From Phoronis australis (Eukaryota > Animalia > Phoronida), in the NCBI GenBank assembly GCA_002633005.1, contig NMRA01000504.1, positions 211,571-275,570 on the forward strand: a DNA stretch of 64,000 bases, read 5' to 3'. Numbering within the stretch: the first letter of the stretch is position 1; each line of letters begins with the position of its first letter. Both the position numbers and the translations under genes were made by a program. The notes under the pieces were generated by a model. That model ran no database searches. It was not told where the DNA came from and saw only the letters and a list, made by a program, of their open reading frames with translations. This document shows positions 55,001 through 64,000 of the stretch, piece after piece.

Positions 55001-56665
55001 ACATATCCGCAACATTTCATGAACATAAATCAAGGGGTTTTGGAGATACAGCAGCCGACGCTGGCGTCGGACGGACGCCAAACAGACAAATAGAGATGAC
55101 AGCATAATGCGCTCACATATAATTATGGACACATAAAAATGCTTCTTTGAACATATTCTCTAAGCCAAGCTTGAGAAAATAACATCCATTACCCAATGTA
55201 ACATCCAGTGCCATTTTTCTTTTCTTTTCCTAAATCATTGATACAATGAAACAATTTCTCCTCCTATACTGTATTTAAAAAATGTTTGAAGAGAAAAGGA
55301 TATTCAGAATTTCTGAACAATTAGTTTTGTCAATACTCAACAGAAATACATTAGTGTTTTAATCAAGTTAGCGTTGAGTTTGCAATAAAGACAGTTATTT
55401 ATATTAAAAATGTTACAAACAATGCCAATGCCTGATGCCTTTCTCCATTGGTAAGAATTTTACTTCCGACTGCCAGATGGCAGAAGAGTTTGAGCATACA
55501 TCTGCTTCTTCTTCTTGGTTTAAGTGACCACACTCTCTACGGAATATTATGTCACTGTATAACAATGAAGATCAACAAAAACGAGAACAACTATAACAGG
55601 TTTAAAAGGATACATAGTGGATGTCACTTCAGAGATTGGTTAACATAACTAGATCGTTAACAGATAATGCAGTCAGTAAGCGGGTGCCCCAAATGGAGGC
55701 ACCCCACTATGTTACTTCAGAAAGGCCGATAGCTTGCTGACAAAGATATCAAGAGAAGGGTTTGATTTAATGCAGTCCGCGACTGTTCTAGGAAAGAATG
55801 TCTTTTTCCTGTAATCAGTCCTCTTTACTGGAATACTTATACTCTCCTCTGTGCTTTCTCTACAGCTGCAATGTCTTTAGCGGTATAAGGGTTCCAAACA
55901 GTAGAGGCGTATTCTAACATTTGTCGAACCATTGTTTTAAACGCAAACTCCTTACACAGTTGGCTTATACGCAAGTTTCGCAGGAGAAACCCCAGAGTTT
56001 TATTTGCTTTCTTCTGGATGTTACTTATTTGGGATGACCATTTGCTGTCATGTGAGATGGCAACGCCCAAATATTTAGCCTCCTTGACAGCATGTGATTG
56101 TGAAGTACATAGGTGGTGGGCTGGATCTGGCGTTTTCTGGTCAGGGTGAGGGTACTACACTTGTTTAGGTAGAAAACCATAAGCCACTTGTCCTCCCACT
56201 GAGAAAGACTATCTAAATCTGTCTGCAGAGCCTCTCTGTCAGTGGCTGAGTTAGCAATGTTGTAACAAATTATAGTCAGCAAATAGTCCGATTTTACCAG
56301 ACAGGCCAAGGGGAATATCGTTTATGTATATAATAGGAACAAACAGGGGCCTAATACTGAGCCTTGGGGTATCTCAGACTCCACAGGTATAGGACATTTT
56401 ATATGAGTAACTGACTATGTTTTTGTTCCACATAACAGTTAGTCTAACACACTGTCACTCTGACTTGACTCATATTCGTCATAACATAACGTCGTAAGTC
56501 ATAACAGGGAAAGTCAGCCGAGTGGCTGACGAGCATACTTACGATATACTCTCTTACGACATTGTGGAAATGTTTTTCTAGCAATTCAACGTCTATTTCT
56601 GGCTCCACTGTTTCACTCGTGCGAATGAAGAAAGGCAGGGCCTCTTCTAACCACTGTAAAATCAT
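30775..56665 (-). CDS. LMBR1: Limb region 1 homolog (LMBR1/LMBR1L, lilipod-like) multipass membrane protein; 14 coding exons, 1581 nt, 526 aa
   Basis: Exons 56665-56543, 49628-49535, 48364-48334, 47443-47304, 47038-46935, 45401-45275, 44177-44109, 41069-41005, 40674-40596, 40183-40070, 33947-33871, 33172-33021, 32148-31991, 31022-30775 join in frame with GT-AG ends. Hallmark peptides EKHFHNVVRE, SNEVLRLYPNSYYVQWLNSSLIHGLWN, MPFAYFFTESEG, LSSALPVLSRTLGITNFDLLGDFGRMDWLGNF match LMBR1 family sequence as I recall it. Confidence 0.95.
31122..31205. repeat. Minisatellite, 3 x 28 bp
   Basis: Unit CACCCTGTATTCAGTTTGTTCTACTGCT at 31122, 31150, 31178. Confidence 0.9.
31991..32148 (-). CDS. LMBR1: LMBR1 exon 13
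   Basis: LYIMCASVVGFYSLPLFSRIQPRLHDTSVTIIIANCIVILILSSALPVLSRTL|gtaagt. Confidence 0.93.
32149..33020 (-). other. U12-type (minor spliceosome) GT-AG intron, LMBR1 intron 12
   Basis: 5' site GTATCCTTT; branch site TTCTTAAC at 32165-32158 close to the 3' CAG; no polypyrimidine tract. Confidence 0.9.
33021..33172 (-). CDS. LMBR1: LMBR1 exon 12
   Basis: VISVFMVAVHSIELLFERRALPIGANDILLGIDSTSAFGLFGAFLEVALI|gtatccttt (U12-type donor). Confidence 0.92.
33871..33947 (-). CDS. LMBR1: LMBR1 exon 11
   Basis: EKRRKASFMQRNLLYPVVMLLLLALT|gtgagt. Confidence 0.92.
34265..34426. repeat. Near-perfect long palindrome (arms about 76 bp, loop about 10 nt)
   Basis: AATAAAACAACAAGAATGGATCAACTGAAATTTGAAATTTTCGGATGTAACAACTTCCTTTA is mirrored exactly on the other arm. 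Confidence 0.9.
35271..35770. repeat. Diverged tandem duplication, period about 290 bp
   Basis: GTGCAACAAAAAT..GACACCATATC..GGTTTGCAGATAA..AAGGGATAAGA..CAAAAATGAA occurs twice in the same order. Confidence 0.7.
37161..37447. mobile_element. CAGGGGCGGATCCAG-type MITE
   Basis: Starts CAGGGGCGGATCCAGGATTTT-polyG and ends GCCCCCCCCTAAATCCG; related fragments at about 24900-25069 and 27721-27755. Confidence 0.6.
40070..40183 (-). CDS. LMBR1: LMBR1 exon 10
   Basis: VKWPVVHRNNSHSTSDNDECVEDLQLRLEESEKDKREL|gtaagc; the acceptor lies inside a 65-bp triplication. Confidence 0.82.
40145..40339. repeat. Perfect tandem repeat, 3 x 65 bp, across the LMBR1 exon 10 acceptor
   Basis: Unit starts TACTATGACTGTTGTTGCG at 40145, 40210, 40275. 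Confidence 0.95.
40596..40674 (-). CDS. LMBR1: LMBR1 exon 9
   Basis: FLRDIDEELSTTIFEVDSLKRQLKNK|gtaaca. Confidence 0.88.
41005..41069 (-). CDS. LMBR1: LMBR1 exon 8
   Basis: ISTPVGFTCLFTVVGKLLAKPK|gtgagt. Confidence 0.92.
42887..43386. mobile_element. hAT-like MITE with 6-bp TSD TATCAC
   Basis: TATCAC|CAGGGTTTG ... CAAGCCCTG|TATCAC; GCGGAA subterminal repeats. Confidence 0.75.
44109..44177 (-). CDS. LMBR1: LMBR1 exon 7
   Basis: DMWSIYIPFLYSCVSLFGVLLLL|gtaagt. Confidence 0.92.
45275..45401 (-). CDS. LMBR1: LMBR1 exon 6
   Basis: GIRARVCETLLVLFLLGVLVCGIAWLMLAFIGSDQRSWDLLL|gtaagt. Confidence 0.92.
46935..47038 (-). CDS. LMBR1: LMBR1 exon 5
   Basis: GLWNHVFLFSNLALFILMPFAYFFTESEGLPGSKK|gtaaga. 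Confidence 0.93.
47304..47443 (-). CDS. LMBR1: LMBR1 exon 4
   Basis: TGLCTFTGASSAAAVLLIPLSVISNEVLRLYPNSYYVQWLNSSLIH; AG/GT ends. Confidence 0.93.
48334..48364 (-). CDS. LMBR1: LMBR1 exon 3 (31 nt)
   Basis: ctttttcag|DDEDAIVYRTV|gtgagt; needed to bridge phase 1 to phase 2. Confidence 0.88.
49535..49628 (-). CDS. LMBR1: LMBR1 exon 2
   Basis: tgtttcag|IFGILFILLFVVSYATICAFRKKGDRDDYCS|gtatta. Confidence 0.9.
55760..56385 (-). mobile_element. Decayed CR1/L2-like LINE reverse transcriptase fragment in LMBR1 intron 1
   Basis: IPQGSVLGPCLFLLYINDIP, LQTDLDSLSQWEDKWLMVF..NKC, KYLGV, KANKTLGFLLRN, LEYASTVWNPY; frameshifted. Confidence 0.9.
56543..56665 (-). CDS. LMBR1: LMBR1 coding exon 1 (start uncertain: ATG 56665 or GTG 56608)
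   Basis: VEPEIDVELLEKHFHNVVREYI then donor gtaagt at 56542. Confidence 0.8.
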
Positions 56666-56716
56666 CTTGAATGTAGCACTAGTGGGAACGATCGCTTTGA
56701 CGCGTCCGCCATTTTC
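56662..56716 (-). promoter_or_regulatory. YY1-like AAAATGGCGG motif and 16-codon uORF upstream of LMBR1
   Basis: AAAATGGCGGAC on -; ATG at 56712 opens MADASKRSFPLVLHSR, ending at TGA 56664-56662. Confidence 0.55.
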
Positions 56717-57815
56717 ACTTCATATGAGCTAACCTTTGACCCATTTTTAAATTAGTATGTGCTGCCGACTTTTGGTCGTATTTTTAACTGTTCAGGCGAT
56801 AGGACTCAAGTTCCTTTCACCTCTTAGAACGTTCTCATAGGCGTGAGGAAAGATGGAGTTCACTAAATAGGAACGTCAGCGCCTGTGCATGCAATCGCGC
56901 TTTGCCCAATTCTCCGAGGCAATGATGTTGCCCCCCCCCCCGGCTTATGGTGACAGATCCGCATGCCGAACGGCGACATCATCCCGTTGCTCCCACTAAC
57001 TTGTTCGAGTGTATAGCCCAACAACAAGTTGGCCGGGAAGTTTACCCCCGTAGCCAATTAACTCCATTCTGGCGTTGATGGTTGGAGGGCCTGCGCTCCT
57101 TTGTTTGATAATCTCCTATCAGATCGTATCTAGCCTGACTTGGGACGGGGCTGATATAAAAATGAAAGTTAAGTGAAGTCAGATATTATCGCACGTTCAG
57201 CACCCCTCACGTCTGGAAAAGTTTCTGAACGACAGGACGCTGTAATGGCCACTGGTTCTACGGTTGAATTGAATTGAATTGAATTTCTGATAATTTACTA
57301 AGCACAAGGAATAATTTTCCACTTTGGAGGACCGAATGCCGGGATGAAATCAAAGCACCTTCGTGACTGAGGTGAGCCGAGGCGGGATTAGCACGCGGCG
57401 CACCTTGCACATAGTTGTCTCACTGAATGAAAATGCTGTGCACATGCATGAGGACACCCTTTGCCTCTTACTTTTAAACCTGAAAAGAATCATACAAGTT
57501 GGTAATATATGCTAGAAGAAGACCGGCATCATCTGAGCTAAGACCACACTAGTTAACTTACGTTGAAAGTCATTAATGAAATTTTTAAATTGAAAACAAA
57601 GAAGAAACCTAGAGTAGGTCATCCCGTTATGCACTTTTTTAAAAGTGAAAAATATCTCGTAAAGTAAAGCAAGAAGCTTAGCGCTAAACGAGCTATGTGT
57701 CGGTTACCCTCTGACACAGCGCCACCTATACTGAAAAGTACTCAACACTGGGAAAGAGTGTACCTAGGTGTAGATGGCCGGTCCGACCATGTTTGGCTGG
57801 GTTTCGTGGCCACTA

Positions 57816-57957
57816 CATGAGCTGCGCACCATAGGGGGCTGGGGCTATAGCCTCCACCCCCACTTTTTTCAGAGCTACGCCGCCCATGGGCTATGCGCGG
57901 TGCACCACGTACAGAGTGGCTGGGAGCATCCAAACTTTTTTAGCTGCGCCGCCCATG
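57816..57957. mobile_element. CATGGGCGGCGCA-family MITE, dimer-like, 5-bp TSD CACTA
   Basis: CACTA|CATGAGCTGCGCACCATAGGGGG...CGCCGCCCATGGG...TGCGCCGCCCATG|CACTA. Confidence 0.75.
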
Positions 57958-58403
57958 CACTAGCACGCCGATAAAATCATTACAGTATTCACAGTAATTT
58001 ATTGCACACGTATAGTAGCATAACACAAATGATGCGTTTTTTTGCAAAAAGCATACTTGAGATCGTTTATTTATTAGCTTAAAGGATTTTTGAAACGGAC
58101 TGGGTGACCACTGAATCGATTTCCTAGTGGGCCCACTCGGAGACATTAGCATGAAATTTCTAAGAGAGACGAAACATTAAAATAAAAAGGATTATATAAG
58201 TTAAAAGAAGGCTGCAAACATTCTGAATCATGGAAATTCTGAAATATGCGAACTGAAGCCAGGAAGGCACGACAAACGTTTTACCTCCACCAGTGCACTC
58301 ACCGTCGGCCAAGTTGGACAACAGTTTCAGTTGACATCTGTCCCTTCTTTAGTCGCGTTAGCAGGAGTATTGAAAAGTAAAACTTATTGGCTACGGTGGG
58401 GGG

Positions 58404-58458
58404 NNNNNNNNNNNNNNNNNNNNNNNNNNNNNNNNNNNNNNNNNNNNNNNNNNNNNNN
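58404..58458. other. Assembly gap
   Basis: Run of N after poly-G. Confidence 0.99.
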
Positions 58459-60025
58459 GATGTCCAACGTAATTTCACTAGACAAGGAATTGCAAGCAGA
58501 CGCGTTTTCCATTTTTCAGGAATCGGTTGTCTTTTTAATTGGTCAACGTTGGGAACCTGCGATTCAAATCACAAATACAAACGAATCTTGCTGTTTCATA
58601 ACTGCTCAGCTCATTGCTCACTTCAAGAAGTCTCACATCTTAAGCAATGTACAGTAGGATGTGATAAAACCATCGAAGTTCAGTGATTACGCCAACGGAA
58701 AGGTTCATTTCATTTATTAGACACAATTTGCAAGTGTGTCCTAAATATCTTTTCATAAAAATTGACTAAAAAGATTGAAAATATATTTCAGAATAAGTAA
58801 AATATCCCAAAAATGCCTTCAAAAAGCTGACATTCACTTTCAAATCATGATTATAATTATAATTTCTTACATCGTTTTAGTGTTTCCTTTGGTTTTCTAC
58901 GACATGTAATTAAAGTTATTGAATAAATAAAAACTATTCGAAATACGTTTTGCTATTTTGCAGGTACTCATACAGACATATTGAAAAACCACTGACGTCT
59001 CATCTCTACGCAACAATAACTTTGCCTAAGCCTTCACAACCAGGAAATTATTTCTCTTTCCGTAGTTACCAACGAGATAGCTGCTGAATTGAATGTTACT
59101 GCAACTTTATTTTCGCGGGCTTTATTTTTCATTTTCTGTTCTCATCTGCTCAAAAAAGGTCGGTCATGGTTTCAAAAATATGCATGGTATCAGCCAGGTG
59201 GACTTTGCCAATCGCCAGCAGGACTGCCCATCGTTGGGCAAAGGGAATTTTTGTAAGAGCATCGAATACCTAAATCGTTGACTGGCGATACGTTCATGCG
59301 ACAGTGCTTAGGCCAGTCAGAGTGGAAGCTTTTCTATGAGCCTAAAACGATTCAGCAAATTAGACACTATCAACTGTACTTGATATTTGAGTACTTGTGT
59401 GGGCGATCAAACAGATTCGTTTGGTTATAGAAATCAGGATATTGATGCGTTTGTTTTTGTTGCTCTGTGCTGATATTCAACGCCTTGTGAAGTTGCTCTA
59501 TTTGCATTGCGCCAAGCATAAAAAATATAGTAATCGTCTTTAAACACCACATGGAAAAGAAATTTATTGTAAGGAAAGATGACAACAAACACTATATAAT
59601 GATAAGAAACAGTTAAAGAGAGGCCAGGGGTAAATTATTCATAGACGGAGCCGTCCACGAAAAAACTTTTACAACTTTTCAAAACTCTTAATATTAATCT
59701 ACCTATTTGAACAATCTCTTTGTCCAACCTTATCTTTTTTAACCTAACATTTTCTCCTTTTACCCAACTAAAACGACAATTATTGTCAACCCCGACAATC
59801 CGTCACTGCCACCGAGGAGGGCCTTTTTGAATTTTAAATGATGTAATTTTAACTGATATTTCAACATGAATAACTTCAGCAGAACAGTCTGGACACAACG
59901 TAAATACATTGCATACTGAGGGACAGTGATAACATAACTAAACAACAAGGAGATTCTGGAGAGCTCAAATAGCAAAACATGAATTCATTCTTGGTTATTT
60001 TGACATCTTCCTTTAAGGGAGAATG

Positions 60026-60715
60026 TCAAAAAATAATGTTTCGCACCTCCAACGATAAGAGCTTATTTTCAGCATCAAGAATGTCATTGACGAAATATAA
60101 CCCATTCTCAGCAAAATCTTTATAATATAATGGCTTATCATCAAATGTTATCTCTCTGTTATGCCATATAATCTGGTCACAAACTGTCACATCTTTAAAA
60201 GCATTATGATTCAATTGCTCATTCCCCGACAAAACTTCTCTATTAAAATCATCATTTATCGTTCTAAACAGTTTGTTTACTTTAACATTATACGACCGAC
60301 CACAACAGTTCACCCCCATAACTCTTGAAGATATGCAATGTATTGTGAATAAAACTCCCAACTTCCATATCCAGGATTTTGAGGTCGTTTAACCCACTTG
60401 ACTAAAGGCTTTCTTTATCATGGTCATATCAGGGACTTTTAAATCACCATCTTCATAAGAGGTCATTGCAACGCTTCTCTTTATTTTTGGCGGTTTCCTT
60501 CTCCAAATAGAATTTGTCGATTTTGCACAAATCCCACGTCAATCCCAGAGTACATATACAACGTGAATCAATGTGGATAGCGCAAAAGTTTTAGCAATGA
60601 CAATTTTTCGCTTATTAATTTTCTTGTTTTCCTAGTATTTCAAAAAAATATCTTCAAAGTTTTGCCTATTTTTTCCTTTCCGTATTTGCCGAAGTAAATG
60701 CCTAGACATTTAAAG
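60026..60715 (-). mobile_element. Decayed L1/Tx1-like LINE ORF2 fragment (post-RT region)
   Basis: KIVIAKTFALSTL, PPKIKRSVAMTSYEDGDLKVPD, QIIWHNREITFDDKPLYYKDFAENGLYFVNDILD. Confidence 0.75.
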
Positions 60716-62156
60716 CTGGTTTAAGCGACTCAACATATCCTCTGAATGCCTTTTGGTTCTTAATTTTTTTTAAATACAGTACCCTTAATAACAATTATAC
60801 TGAATAGCTTCCAACACAAGCAGGTATTCAACTTAGGGCCAAGGTCAGACAGCATTGTATAAATTCCTTTATGTTGTTGTCCACAGTCATTATCATAAGG
60901 AAGAGAAGAAATTCTGGAAAGATTTAAAGTAATTCTAGAAAAAAAGCATTTATTTCACTCGCCGGCTTTAGGTTGACGAAAGAACACTTTTCTTGAACAA
61001 AAAAGCCGGCCGACCGGTGTCACTATCAACCGTTTTACTTCTACTCAGACAGTTATGATTTCTCTCACACGATTCAGTTGAGAGCGCACTTCTTTCGTAC
61101 CTTACAAAAATGTACCTGCCTCGTATTCTATAAAAACAACAGTTAATAATTCAGCTCTCTGGTTAGTTTTCCGAAAAAACTCCTTTCAAATTTTGTTCAC
61201 TGCAGTTTCAAAGCCGGTAGGCCTAAAACGATGCTCTGCCGTGCACACACAACTAGTTCGAATTCAGTCCTCACCGTGGCAGCTCGCATGGGTTGAAGGG
61301 CTGCCGCCTGCCAATTTTATCAGAGTAAGGGCCTAATGCGAATTTCGTTTTTAGCCAGCCAAACAGTCGATCCAAAATGCCAGTCAGGTTACCTCAGTAC
61401 AAGGTCCTACATAGGCTACATGTACGAGGGGGCCCTGGTTCAGCTGTGTCAGTATTGGCGGCTCTGTTATTTCGGTTGTTTTGGGCTATCACGTACAAGG
61501 AGTATACAGGCGATGGGAGTACTACCGAACAAAGCAAAATAGTAGTCTCATCATATTTTTTCACTTATATATGTCGACCCGGCCCATTGGAAACTCGCCG
61601 TTGCGCCACGCCTGCAGGCCTGGACGGACTGACGAGTCTGACAGGTCCACCACCAGGTGCCGCAAAATGCCAGAAACATAGCACAACATCTTTTATAACC
61701 ATGCGCGAAAATAAACCAAAACATTAGTTAGTTAAAATGCTGACAGAAACTCTTTTCCGAAACAAATTAATACACTGATGTAGAATTCAATGTTTTTGAT
61801 TTATAATGTGGTTATCATATGCGTCACTTGAATGTGAAAAAATCTGCAAAATTTTACTAATAACCTACAAAAATATTCGTGGGCGAAGTAACTGATGTCA
61901 TGATTTGGGTCACGCACAAGCGGCTCTTGGCGACGGACAAACACGAGGAAGTTCTCCTTTGAAAGCTGGTATGTTTTGCGTGTTACCATCTAAACTGTGT
62001 ATTAACGACTTAGTCTATTGAAATACCAAGCATGAGCAGAGATGAAATGAACTTTTGATGTATGGAATTTTTGAAATGCAGACATGTTACCAGATTTTAA
62101 CCCTCCTGCAACAAAAAGCCGTCAGATTGGTCACTGACCTTTATGCCGGTTGCTCA

Positions 62157-63008
62157 CTGCCTCACTGGGCCTGTTGCATCAGTAAAATGTCCGTAGGAAG
62201 TTTTGTTACGCTGAGCCAACGCTGTGACTTACGTCAAAGCTGGACCAAAAAGCAATTGCCCTTAGGCGAGTGATTAAAAGAGGCCTTTAAAACTCACTGC
62301 AGATGCATCACACTCTTCCACAGCCCAGGAACAGGCCTGACACGTTACCGTTAACCGGGAGGGGTCATTACCCAAGGAATTCCTCAATCAGGCCAGACCC
62401 CTTGCAACCGCCCCCTCCTCCTCTAGTTCGGGAAGCTGTCATTAAATATCGTCCAGCTCCTTGTTACTGATGTACTAAGTTTTAGTCTAGCTGAGAGGCC
62501 TACCTCTTCCTGTTTCGTGAGACATCAGGAAGCTACATTCTACTAATATTAATGTNTGCTTGTGACGTCAGTGGACAAAAGGGGAATTGGCCAACATTCA
62601 CCATTCTGCCTGCCTCACTGGGCCTGTTGCATCAGTAAAACGTCCGTAGGAAGTTTTGTTACGCTGAGCCAACGCTGTGACTTACGTCAAAGCTGGACCA
62701 AAAAGCAATTGCCCTTAGGCGAGTGATTAAAAGAGGCCTTTAAAACTCACTGCAGATGCACCACACTCTTCCACAGCCCAGGAACAGGCCTGACACGTTA
62801 CCGTTAACCGGGAGGGGTCATTACCCAAGGAATTCCTCAATCAGGCCAGACCCCTTGCAACCGCCCCCTCCTCCTCTAGTTCGGGAAGCTGTCATTAAAT
62901 ATCGTCCAGCTCCTTGTTACTGATGTACTAAGTTTTAGTCTAGCTGAGAGGCCTACCTCTTCCTGTTTCGTGAGACATCAGGAAGCTACATTCTACTAAT
63001 ATTAATGT
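62157..63008. repeat. Near-identical 399-bp direct duplication (62157-62555 and 62610-63008), probably an assembly overlap
   Basis: Offset 453; the first copy ends exactly at a single N (62556). Confidence 0.85.
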
Positions 63009-64000
63009 CAGATAGATACTTGTATACGATTACAAACTGTTGGATTCCGGCGCTATCAATGAAGCACTTGTCTCAGTAATGGTTGCTTCATAATCAGGAT
63101 ATACAGTATCATGTGCCTAATTGCCACATTTCAATCTCAAATTTTCCCCGATAAACGTGGCATCAACTGTATAACCAGGAGCGATGCCGGAATCTACTTG
63201 AAGGGATACAACTAAAGGTAACGTATAGCCTGAAAGTTTGTGTGTTCAAATGAACAACCCTGCAGCATTCTTGTACTGATCATTTTGTACATTTAATAGA
63301 TCAATCTGTGGTGCCCCCATGGAGCGCAATGTGAAAAATCGTCTTTTTTACTCTACTACACTAATGCGCCTGTTCTATGTATGCCGAGTTCAAAATCATG
63401 GAGTCATGCATCAGGCTATATATCTGCTTTCTGGACGACATGTCTGTTCGTGACTTAGTACATCATTTGTGTATTGTCTTGCTAGATGTGTGTGGTCATT
63501 CAGACTTTCCATATAAGTGTGTGTAGAGACCAGGTCCATGGATTGTTCTCTGATAAACAAGACCATCTTGATCATTAAACTTTTTTCTAGCAATTGTGTC
63601 TTGACAGAATCACATCTTCATTTCAATGAATTCTGTCATTCAGAACCTTTTTGAGGAATGTGGATTGCGTGGTTCTCTTAATGAGCGTGAACGTCTCCAA
63701 AGTGGGTGCAGATCAGATAAATCTTTCATTATGTGGTCATTGGTCCCAGAAGAAATTCATTATCCGAGGTATACTGTTTTTCACCATGCAGTATGAAGCA
63801 CTATTGTAGAACAATGGAGTTTGCTTAATGTTGTACCCTCAGTCGCAGCACAAATTATCATATGTCGGATATTCCATGGTGTCCGATTTGGCAAAAGTTG
63901 CAACTACTCTTATAAGTTTATGCTTTGGAGCAGGGCTGCAGGTTACCATGTTAACGAGAACCTCACAAAAGCAAGATTACTGGAGATCAGAAAACAAAAG

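Noticed and set aside
62157-63008. Direct repeat as an LTR pair or true segmental duplication
   Set aside because: The copies are nearly identical, the first ends exactly at a single N contig join, and there are no TG..CA ends or internal ORF; most likely redundant haplotype overlap.
63380-64000. Possible coding exon or transposase remnant at the window end
   Set aside because: Short open stretches with stops in all frames and no motif I can identify.

Overview
Eukaryotic (invertebrate animal, probably a marine bilaterian; inferred from gene content) draft-genome window with two N-gaps. Three protein genes can be reconstructed by hand. (1) A p75NTR/NGFR-like TNF-receptor on + (4 coding exons found, 4481-7904; four cysteine-rich domains, TM cysteine, death domain; first exon not located). 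(2) A rhodopsin-class peptide-receptor-like GPCR on - (21445-22560). (3) A complete 14-exon LMBR1/LMBR1L orthologue on - (56665-30775, 526 aa by exon arithmetic). The LMBR1 gene has a U12-type minor intron, a triplicated splice acceptor, a GTG at the position of the conserved start Met, and a uORF whose stop overlaps the first in-frame ATG. The rest is dominated by transposon debris: a three-layer nest (THAP-domain element > 9-bp-TSD TAG..CTA element > TTAA Kolobok-like element), nested MITEs in LMBR1 intron 10, MITE families with 5-bp and 6-bp TSDs, CR1/L2-like and L1/Tx1-like LINE fragments, tandem duplications and a long hairpin. I found no convincing wholly new multi-gene system; the most interesting items are gene-structure and regulatory oddities. 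Comparisons to human proteins are from memory and were not run as searches.
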